DNA of 64,000 nucleotides. Source: Nitrospira sp. UBA5699 (GTDB lineage: Bacteria > Nitrospirota > Nitrospiria > Nitrospirales > Nitrospiraceae). Where the stretch lies: positions 76,504 through 140,503 of the forward strand of contig DIHJ01000038.1 in assembly GCA_002420105.1 (NCBI GenBank), given 5' to 3'. Below, piece by piece: positions 8,690-15,417 of the stretch (position 1 is the stretch's first letter; the number at the start of each line of letters is the position of its first letter). Under the pieces are notes generated by a model. That model did no database searches, was not told the origin of the DNA, and saw nothing but the letters and a program-made list of their open reading frames with translations. The position numbers were made by a program, and so were the translations under genes.

Positions 8690-9971
8690 ATCTGGCCGGG
8701 AACCGGACGATTCCGGGCTTCCGGCGTCGAATGATGACGGCTGGCTCATTGCGTGGGGACTCGTCTGTTTGATGGGGCTCATCGTGATGGCGGCGGTCAT
8801 TGCGACGGCCCACTCGGCGGTGCCCTATCTCTGGCTCGCCGTCGCCGCCGGAACCATGTTCATCCTGGCAGCCTGTCTCAGTCCCGGTGCGGTGGGAAAA
8901 GCGCTCTGGATCAATCTGGCCGTCATCGCCCTGACCCTCGGGATTCTGGAGGGATTCTACTGGCTCAAGGAACCGCCGGACCGCCAGATGGAGTACAGCG
9001 AAGGGTTCTTCGTCCTCGACGATCTTCTCGGATACGGGCCGGCGCGCGGCCGATCGGTCTCGCACGTGGCGAAAGTCCTGGACCGCCTCCTCTATCGCGT
9101 CACCTATACGATCGACGATCACGGATTGCGGGTTGCCGGGCCGCCGGACGCGTCGTCTGCACAGACCGATGCCTGTCTGGTGTTTTTCGGCGATTCGTTC
9201 ACCTTCGGCGAAGGCGTGCCGGACGAAGCCACGATGCCCTATCGGGTCGGGCGAAAGCTGCGGGACAGTTTCCGAACGGTCAATTTCGGATTTCTCGGAT
9301 ACGGACCGCATCAGATGCTGGCCATCCTGGAGGAGGATCGCGTCGACGCGATAGAATCCTGCCGTCCGCGCCTCATCGTGTACCAGGCGATTCCGGCTCA
9401 CGTGTCCCGTGTGGCCGGATTGGAGCCCTGGGACCAGCATGGACCGAGGTACGTGCCGACCGGGGACGGTCGCGTGAGGCGGGCGGGACATTTCGACGAC
9501 ACCCCTCCGGAAACCCTCCTGGATGCGTTCCGCCGGTTCCACCACGGCCTGACGATCACCTGGCAACGGCGATTGGAGCAGAGCGCATTGTATCGCATGC
9601 TCCTCCGCTCCCATCGGCCGGTGACCGAGCGGGATATCGAGTTGTTCGCCGGCGTGATCGGCACAGCCGGGCAGACCGTGCGTGAGCGGTACCCGGACGC
9701 CGCCTTTCACGTGCTCCTGTGGGATTTTGAGAAGGACCGGGCCCTGCTCCCCGCGATCGAACGGGGGCTCAAGAAACAGGGCCTGCCGGTTCATTCGATG
9801 TCCGCCATTCTTCCCGGCTTTCGCACCCAGGAAGCCGAGTATGAGATCAGCCCCTACGATCAACATCCCAACGAGCGGGCTCACGAACTCATCGCCGAGT
9901 ACGTGGTCAATTCCATCGCCACCCCCGTATCCCGCATGACGGTGGCGGCCCTTCCCCGGCTCTCCCAATAG
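8679..9971 (+). CDS. Membrane-anchored SGNH/GDSL-family hydrolase or acyltransferase
   Basis: Three N-terminal TM helices are followed by the block I motif FFGDSFTFGEG (GDS at 9189-9197). The start overlaps the GT2 fusion stop by 11 nt. Confidence 0.65.
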   Translation: MADRSGREPDDSGLPASNDDGWLIAWGLVCLMGLIVMAAVIATAHSAVPYLWLAVAAGTMFILAACLSPGAVGKALWINLAVIALTLGILEGFYWLKEPPDRQMEYSEGFFVLDDLLGYGPARGRSVSHVAKVLDRLLYRVTYTIDDHGLRVAGPPDASSAQTDACLVFFGDSFTFGEGVPDEATMPYRVGRKLRDSFRTVNFGFLGYGPHQMLAILEEDRVDAIESCRPRLIVYQAIPAHVSRVAGLEPWDQHGPRYVPTGDGRVRRAGHFDDTPPETLLDAFRRFHHGLTITWQRRLEQSALYRMLLRSHRPVTERDIELFAGVIGTAGQTVRERYPDAAFHVLLWDFEKDRALLPAIERGLKKQGLPVHSMSAILPGFRTQEAEYEISPYDQHPNERAHELIAEYVVNSIATPVSRMTVAALPRLSQ

Positions 9972-10072
9972 CGCGGAGAGATCGAGTCATCCCCGAGTCG
10001 AAGCACCGGCTCCGCAGGAACCGGAACGGTCAAAACGACGAATTTCTGGCAGGTTGTTGGCGGAATTATTAG

Positions 10073-10105
10073 GGGGAAGGTCGCCTTCTACGGGCGACTT
10101 TCCCC
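10073..10105 (-). terminator. Strong hairpin 18 nt downstream of the tRNA-Asn 3' end
   Basis: GGGGAAGGTCGCC (10073-10085) pairs with GGCGACTTTCCCC (10093-10105), 13 bp with one G-U pair. The flanking T tract is only weak. Confidence 0.35.
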
Positions 10106-10164
10106 TTATGCTGTGGCTATGATTGGCTCCCCGGGCAGGACTCGAACCTGCGACCAGCCGGTTA

Positions 10165-10719
10165 CAAGTGCCCCAGTCTTTCGACCGGGCTTGGACTATC
10201 TCTTCACCCGCCTGAATTTCAGGAGAGGGTGTCGGGCGCTGGTGAGGCGTTATCGGATTGGCTCCTCAGCCTCTAGTCTCTGCACGTTCCTGCCTACACC
10301 ATCTCTCGATGGGCCGTTCGGCAGGCTTCGCTCAGGATTACCGTTCCGCATATGCGGAGACGGCTTCCCTGAATTCACCCGATGTTTCAACCACAGTTTC
10401 CTGTGGAAGCTGCAGATGGGAGTGAACCTCTCGGTGACAGTTCGCGCACAAGAGCATACATTTGTCTAGTTCTTCGCGGATCTTCGACCAGCTTCGCGTG
10501 TAGCCTTTGCTGGATATCCCAAAGTCCTTGCGAGAAGAAGTCAGATGATGAAACTCCAGTGCTTCCATACAGCGGTCATAGCCGCATCTTTCACAACGCG
10601 CGCCCTTGTAAGCCAACGCCTTTTGTCTGATGACTTTTCGGCGTTTGCGGACGGCCTCGATCAGATAGCTGCGACGATCCGCGTATGAACGTCGCTCTGC
10701 CACCGGTTCCCTCACTCCT
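10165..10719 (-). mobile_element. Group I intron (555 nt) in the tRNA-Asn anticodon loop, between nt 35 and 36
   Basis: The 5' exon ends in U and the intron ends in G (10165). The IGS CCGGTGGCAG (10706-10697) can pair with 5' exon CUGU (P1, with a G-U pair) and 3' exon ACCGG (P10). The R box is GTGCAGAGACTAGAGGC (10285-10269) and the S box is AAGAGATAGTCC (10204-10193), with GACTA/TAGTC forming P7. P4 is CCTGCC/GGCAGG, P5 is CCATC-GAGA-GATGG (10312-10299) and P9 is CCCGGTC-GAAA-GACTGGG (10189-10172). Confidence 0.75.
10338..10715 (-). CDS. Intron-encoded HNH endonuclease (candidate homing endonuclease)
   Basis: CERCGY...EFHHL (HH codons at 10550-10545)...LLCANCHREVH forms an HNH/zinc-finger motif. 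The track ORF (10338-10790) runs into exon 1. The in-frame GTG starts inside the intron are at 10715 and 10703. Confidence 0.7.
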   Translation of the reverse strand: MREPVAERRSYADRRSYLIEAVRKRRKVIRQKALAYKGARCERCGYDRCMEALEFHHLTSSRKDFGISSKGYTRSWSKIREELDKCMLLCANCHREVHSHLQLPQETVVETSGEFREAVSAYAER

Positions 10720-10778
10720 ACAGCCGGCTGCTCTACCAACTGAGCTACCGGGGAACGGTATTCAGCGAAAGCTGCTGC

Positions 10779-10787
10779 ATTGTAGCA
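10779..10787 (-). promoter_or_regulatory. Candidate extended -10 promoter for tRNA-Asn
   Basis: The minus strand reads TGCTACAAT (TGn plus TACAAT) about 25 nt upstream of tRNA position 1. There is no good -35. Confidence 0.3.
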
Positions 10788-10856
10788 CAATTGATGTGGA
10801 TCAAGGCGAGCGTTTTTTAACGAGCGAAGAGGAAATCAGGTGAATTATTTCCCCAT

Positions 10857-11126
10857 TTAGACGTCGAAATCTTCGGTCTCGTCCTCGTCGGATGAGGCGT
10901 CGGAGTTGCCTTCCGCCAGGGCCGCGTAGTGCTTGGCCCAGGTCAGATACAGGTTGCCGCTGTCCCGCATGGTGTCGGCGGCCTTCACGAGCTTTTCGAC
11001 GAGCTCGGGGTCTTTGCCCGCGGCCTGGATGACGGCGGCCCGGCGCTCGATCGCTTTCGGGTACTCGTTGATCAGGCCGGCGATTTCGCCGAGCAGTTCG
11101 TTGAGGATGTTGTCTTCGTTTTCCAT
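10857..11126 (-). CDS. Small hypothetical protein with an acidic C-terminal tail, last gene of the OFOR cluster
   Basis: The ATG at 11126 is preceded by an AGGAGC RBS. The 89-aa product ends in SDASSDEDETEDFDV. It is co-oriented with, and lies downstream of, the ferredoxin-like subunit gene. The track ORF start at 11171 is less likely. Confidence 0.5.
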   Translation of the reverse strand: MENEDNILNELLGEIAGLINEYPKAIERRAAVIQAAGKDPELVEKLVKAADTMRDSGNLYLTWAKHYAALAEGNSDASSDEDETEDFDV

Positions 11127-11199
11127 CGCGCTCCTGTGCCCCAACAAAAAACCCCATAGCGCGGACGCCATGGGGTTCTTGACGGTGAACCCGCTCGGT

Positions 11200-11478
11200 T
11201 TAGCCCTGATAGGCTTGGCCGAGGGCTGCGGATTCGCCTTTTTTCGACATGAGCTGTCCGGTCGCGCTGACGGCCTGCATGACGATCGCCTCGTGCTTGG
11301 CGGCGTTGCAGACTACGACGCAGAGTTCGCAACCCTTGCAGCGGTCGATGTTGACTTCCGCCACCATCTTGGCCGAATTCAGGTCGAGGCAGTTGGCCTC
11401 CGGGCAATACATGATGCAGAGCCGGCAGCCCTTCTTGGCGGTGCACTTCTCGTCGATGACTTGCGCTACGTTATACAT
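11200..11478 (-). CDS. 2-oxoacid:ferredoxin oxidoreductase, 2x[4Fe-4S] ferredoxin-like subunit
   Basis: Two Cys clusters are present: CTAKKGCRLCIMYCP and CKGCELCVVVC. Confidence 0.8.
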   Translation of the reverse strand: MYNVAQVIDEKCTAKKGCRLCIMYCPEANCLDLNSAKMVAEVNIDRCKGCELCVVVCNAAKHEAIVMQAVSATGQLMSKKGESAALGQAYQG

Positions 11479-11499
11479 GCGACGTGGTTCCTTCTCTCG

Positions 11500-12207
11500 T
11501 TACGCAGCCACGGCCGGATTGCCGACTCGCAACTCAACGTGGTTCTTCTCGGCCCATTCGCTGGCGATCTCATAGGCCCGCTTGACGGTCGCCAGGTTTT
11601 TCTGGAGCAGCATTTCCTTCTTGGCGAACTTCTTCTTGATGGCTTCGTCCAGCGAGGCCGTGCCGCCCGATGCGACGAACTTCTTGCCGAACCGTTCCTG
11701 CAGCGCGCCGTCGAGGGCTTCCATCGACACGCACTTGGTGATGCCCGCCACCGATCCGATCATCGTCATGTTGGTGGACAACTCGGTGCCGGCGATCTCG
11801 ATCGCGAGCTCGGTCCCGGCAATGTAGAATGTGGCGACATTCAGATCCTTGAGGCGTTGAATGTCTTCTTCCGACAGCAGCGGCTGCGCGGAGTTGATGA
11901 TGACCACGCCGCCTTCCTTAATGCCGGAATAGAACGGCATCGTATAGCTCTTCCCCATCGTGATGACCTGAGGATGGAAGACCTCGATCACATCCGGGAA
12001 GACCAGTTCGCCGCGGTCATAGATCCGCTCGATGCCGATCCGGCAGTAGCTCTCGGCCGGCGCCATGCGCTTTTCCGCGCCGAAGAACGGATTGGAAATG
12101 GAAAATTTGCCGTCCCGGTTGGCGGCCATGGCCATGACGTGGGCGGCCGTGACGGCGCCCTGTCCGCCCAAGCCCGACATCCGGATATTCAGTCTTTTCT
12201 TGATCAT
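11500..12207 (-). CDS. 2-oxoacid:ferredoxin oxidoreductase, gamma subunit
   Basis: MSGLGGQGAVTAAHVMA is typical of OFOR gamma domains. The gene overlaps the beta subunit gene by 4 nt. Confidence 0.85.
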   Translation of the reverse strand: MIKKRLNIRMSGLGGQGAVTAAHVMAMAANRDGKFSISNPFFGAEKRMAPAESYCRIGIERIYDRGELVFPDVIEVFHPQVITMGKSYTMPFYSGIKEGGVVIINSAQPLLSEEDIQRLKDLNVATFYIAGTELAIEIAGTELSTNMTMIGSVAGITKCVSMEALDGALQERFGKKFVASGGTASLDEAIKKKFAKKEMLLQKNLATVKRAYEIASEWAEKNHVELRVGNPAVAA

Positions 12208-12225
12208 GAGTGGCCTCCGGTTCCT

Positions 12226-13128
12226 TTAGGCCTGTCCTGCCAACTGCTTGGCGGCGGCTTTCCGTTCCTTGTCCTTGGCGGCCAGTTCCGCCAGGAGCTG
12301 CTTGGCCGGCTCGCTGATGTATTCCTTGTACGCGAACCGTTCGGTCGGCTTCTCCGAATCGCGCATTTCCTGGAGGCCTTCCATGCTGTTCTTGCCGATC
12401 TCGAGAATACAGGGCGTGTAGAGCTGGAGATAGGTCGGCCCGATTTCGCGGGCGATGTGCACCGCATTCCGGATGACCTTTTCCACGAGCGACGGCTTGC
12501 TGACCGTGCAGTTGACGACGTAATGGCAGCCGGACTCGCGGGCGATTTCAGGCAACCGGACCTTGTCGAAGAGTTTTCCGACCGGGGCCATCTTGGCGAC
12601 GAAGCCCTTCTGCATGAGGCCGCTCTCCTGTCCCCCCGTGTTGGCATAGAGCTCGTTGTCGAAGCAGATGGTCGTGAACTTCTCCTGGCGGAACCAGGCT
12701 TGAAGCGTCATGTCGAGGCCGATGTCGACGGTGGCGCCGTCGCCCGCCAGGACGACCACGTCCTTGACGCGACCCGGGAACCGGACGCTGAGGGCGCGCT
12801 TCAGACCCGACGCGATGGCGTTCTGGTTGCCGAAGAGCGAGTGAATGTTGTGGACCGCCACCATGGGGAACACCAGGCTGGTGCAGCCGGTGGAGCCGAC
12901 CATGACGGTGTCTTCCGGGTTCGGCAGGGAGGCCAGGATGTACCGGAACGCCATGGACTCCGGGCAGCCGGCGCAGAGCGAATGCTGCTCGATGAGTTCC
13001 TTGGTGTTCCCGATGTCCTTCCAGCCGCGGTCTTCCTTGCCGTAGGTCGCGTTCTTCACGAGATCCTGATAGTCCGACGGCATGATGTCGTAGAGGGCTT
13101 CGGAGATTTGAATGCGTTCTTTGCTCAT
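12226..13128 (-). CDS. 2-oxoacid:ferredoxin oxidoreductase, beta (TPP-binding) subunit
   Basis: The protein has CAGCPE Cys ligands, the GDGATVDIG TPP motif and YANTGGQ. Confidence 0.85.
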   Translation of the reverse strand: MSKERIQISEALYDIMPSDYQDLVKNATYGKEDRGWKDIGNTKELIEQHSLCAGCPESMAFRYILASLPNPEDTVMVGSTGCTSLVFPMVAVHNIHSLFGNQNAIASGLKRALSVRFPGRVKDVVVLAGDGATVDIGLDMTLQAWFRQEKFTTICFDNELYANTGGQESGLMQKGFVAKMAPVGKLFDKVRLPEIARESGCHYVVNCTVSKPSLVEKVIRNAVHIAREIGPTYLQLYTPCILEIGKNSMEGLQEMRDSEKPTERFAYKEYISEPAKQLLAELAAKDKERKAAAKQLAGQA

Positions 13129-13182
13129 TAGGGCCTCCTCGGTTTCGCTCGCGGGAGCGAACAGGTTCAGAGTGTATGCTGC

Positions 13183-14394
13183 TCAGCTTCCACGACCGGC
13201 CAGGGAGAAGGTCTTCATCCCGAGGGCCGTCTTGATTTCCGACACGATGATTTCCGGCGGCATCGTCATGCCTCCGCAGACGTGCGGACCGGCATGTACG
13301 CGATGGTGGTTCGGGATCGTGGCCTTGATTTCCTTCGCCAGCCAGCCCGTCACGTTGAACTCCGGCACGAAGATGTGCTTGGCGTTCTTGGTGGCTTCCC
13401 GGATTTCTTCCTCCGGCCAGGGGCGAAGGGTCTTGACCTTCACCAATCCGCAACGCACGCCTTCATCTTCCAGCAAGCGGATCGCTTCACGCCCTTGCGA
13501 GACGGCCGTCCCGGACGCCACGATCATGATCTCCGCGTCGGTATTCTCGGCGTCGATCAGGCCGTTCAGCCACTTGATGGAATGTTTGCGGGAGCGTTCC
13601 ACGGCGGCCCAGATTTCCTGCTGCCAGCTCGCGTGGGTGGCGTAGCTGATATAGTTGCTCTTCATCACGAACGGGTCACGCATCATCCGGACCGGAGGAC
13701 ATTCCATGTCCATGCAGGGGACCGGCGAACGATAGGGATCGTACGGAGGCAGGCACATGTCGGCCGGCGTCAGGTTCACGACGTCCTTGGTGTGCGTGAC
13801 GAAGAAGCCGTCACAACAGAGGGCCAGCGGCAAATGCACGTCCGGTTCCTCGGACACCATGTAGCCTTTGAGAATCCAGTCGAAAAAGTCCTGAGCGGTT
13901 TCCGCATGCCAGACGAGCATGCCGGTGTTCAACAGATAGGCGATTTCGAGCGTGTCCGGCTGAATCGACAGCGGCGAGTTGATGCCGCGACAGGTGACGA
14001 TCATCTGGATCGGCAGGCGCGCACCGGCCCACATGGGAAAGTTTTCCATGGCGCGCATCGTGCCGGGTCCGGCGGTCGTGGTGAACACCCGCGCTCCGCC
14101 GAAGGCGGCGCCGGCGCACTGCGACATGACGGCGAATTCGCTCTCGCCGCGGAAATAGTCGCCGATGTACCCTTCGGCAAAGAGTTCGCCGATGAGCGCA
14201 GCCGCTTCGCTCTGAGGCGTGATCGGATACGCGATCATCACGTCGCATGAGGCGCGACGGATGGCTTCCTTAATGACTTCGCTCCCGGTATAAAACGACG
14301 GCGTACGGGGAGCTTCGTTCATCATTTTCCAGGTGTCTGTATAGGTTTGACCCTTCTTATTTTTCGTGCCGATGACTGAGTGTGTTTCCGCCAT
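13183..14394 (-). CDS. 2-oxoacid:ferredoxin oxidoreductase, alpha subunit
   Basis: AYPITPQSE, GARVFTTTAGPG and the overall OFOR alpha architecture are present. Confidence 0.85.
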   Translation of the reverse strand: MAETHSVIGTKNKKGQTYTDTWKMMNEAPRTPSFYTGSEVIKEAIRRASCDVMIAYPITPQSEAAALIGELFAEGYIGDYFRGESEFAVMSQCAGAAFGGARVFTTTAGPGTMRAMENFPMWAGARLPIQMIVTCRGINSPLSIQPDTLEIAYLLNTGMLVWHAETAQDFFDWILKGYMVSEEPDVHLPLALCCDGFFVTHTKDVVNLTPADMCLPPYDPYRSPVPCMDMECPPVRMMRDPFVMKSNYISYATHASWQQEIWAAVERSRKHSIKWLNGLIDAENTDAEIMIVASGTAVSQGREAIRLLEDEGVRCGLVKVKTLRPWPEEEIREATKNAKHIFVPEFNVTGWLAKEIKATIPNHHRVHAGPHVCGGMTMPPEIIVSEIKTALGMKTFSLAGRGS

Positions 14395-14435
14395 GGACCC
14401 AGCCTCCTTTCACTACGTACAGAGCTTCCGACGGC

Positions 14436-15071
14436 TTAGTTCGAAGCTCCGCTTTTGGCTGATGTCAGCCGTGGTTGGACCGTCCCTTTTAACTTTCTGA
14501 CCCAATCGGCCAGCTTCATGATTTTTTCAACCGACGCGTCGCGGAACGACAGCATCGCGTCCTCGTGGCCGGCCTGGGCGCACATTGCGATCGTGTAGCA
14601 CGAGGTTCCACCCCGGATGATCTTCAGCGACAGGTTCGCTTGGTGGCAATGCACGCCGATGAACATGCAGCAGTCGATCTTGTTATGCCAGATCGTCAGG
14701 TTGGGGTGATTCGGATTGATTTCAACTTCGGGATTGATCTTCGGATACTTGGGGCGGTAGTCCGGCATGGGAATCAGCATCGGCTTCTGGCCGGGCTGCA
14801 CGCATTCTTTCAACGTGTTATACAGATGTCGAACTGCCGTGGCTTTCTTCGCCGCTTTTTCATTCCAGGCCCACAGCACCAAGGGGCCGGGGAATATGGT
14901 CGGGACTTTGGCCATGAGGAACTGCTTTGCCGCTTCCTCGTAGGCCTTGTCTTCGGGCACGATCACGCCATTGATGTGGGCTTCGCCCGGATTGGGCAAA
15001 TAAATCCCCATCGAAGCCGCTGCGGGAGGAAGGAAATGCTCGGGTCCTGGCAACACACGGTATTGACTCAT
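14436..15071 (-). CDS. Fifth OFOR subunit (CdhB/epsilon-like accessory subunit of Hydrogenobacter-type five-subunit enzymes)
   Basis: This is the first gene of the cluster. At 211 aa with a Cys-rich centre (CCMFIGVHCH) it resembles the extra D-type subunit of five-subunit POR/OGOR. The assignment is from memory of that family. Confidence 0.55.
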   Translation of the reverse strand: MSQYRVLPGPEHFLPPAAASMGIYLPNPGEAHINGVIVPEDKAYEEAAKQFLMAKVPTIFPGPLVLWAWNEKAAKKATAVRHLYNTLKECVQPGQKPMLIPMPDYRPKYPKINPEVEINPNHPNLTIWHNKIDCCMFIGVHCHQANLSLKIIRGGTSCYTIAMCAQAGHEDAMLSFRDASVEKIMKLADWVRKLKGTVQPRLTSAKSGASN

Positions 15072-15297
15072 TACGACTTACACTCCGCGTAAAGGGTTAA
15101 TGACGTGAGATTTCCGATATATCAATGCGCTCGGCCCAGGCACAATCTAAGCTTTTCACGGGATATCTGCAACCTCACAGAAGGCCCAACGTAGGGAAAT
15201 AATGGGCTATCGGACAAGACCGGATTAGGCCTTTTGTCCCAATGATCTGAAGGAAGCCGATGTCCTCGCAAATTGCACGGCCAGAGGTTGAATGGCA

Positions 15298-15327
15298 ATT
15301 ATAGGAGGGCACATTCTGCGAAGTCAA
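15298..15327 (-). promoter_or_regulatory. Near-consensus sigma-70 promoter for the OFOR cluster
   Basis: The minus strand reads TTGACT (15327-15322), an 18-nt spacer, then TATAAT (15303-15298). This implies a leader of roughly 220 nt before the start at 15071. Confidence 0.5.
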
Positions 15328-15417
15328 ACCGCTTTCCGGGTGGAAGCGGGCGGCGGATGACTCCTGGAGAGTAACCTCTGAATGTCTTAGATTCTAACGG
15401 GTTAGCCGGAATGAGGC

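Larger units (their letters stand above)
10124..10754 (-). tRNA. tRNA-Asn(GUU), interrupted by an intron. Exon 1 is 10754-10720 and exon 2 is 10164-10124.
   Basis: The joined exons give a 76-nt cloverleaf. The acceptor stem is TCCCCGG/CCGGGGA, the D stem GCTC/GAGC, the anticodon stem GCCGG/CCGGC and the anticodon loop CTGTTAA. The variable loop is TGGTC, the T arm is GCAGG-TTCGAGT-CCTGC, the discriminator is G and CCA is encoded. U1-A72 and G73 resemble E. coli tRNA-Asn. Confidence 0.8.

Noticed and set aside
10113-10469. A 118-aa plus-strand ORF overlapping tRNA exon 2 and the intron core.
   Set aside because: It is antisense to the tRNA/group I intron structure and to the HNH ORF, and it has no RBS or family features.
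10124-10754. An alternative reading of the split tRNA as tRNA-Thr(UGU), with the junction after U33.
   Set aside because: That junction would make the intron end in U rather than the obligatory G of group I introns. In addition, the U1-A72 pair and discriminator G73 fit Asn rather than Thr. Only the U35/U36 junction gives a 7-nt loop together with the 5' exon U and the terminal intron G.
10716-10790. The N-terminal 25 codons of the track ORF 10338-10790.
   Set aside because: This part is the tRNA 5' exon and its promoter region read in frame (VAQLVEQPAV is the D-arm sequence). The endonuclease must start at a GTG inside the intron.
10933-13131. A 732-aa ORF on the plus strand across the OFOR cluster.
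   Set aside because: It is antisense to four minus-strand genes with clear family motifs. Its translation is low-complexity and rich in Arg, Ala, Gly and Leu, which is typical of spurious antisense frames in GC-rich DNA.
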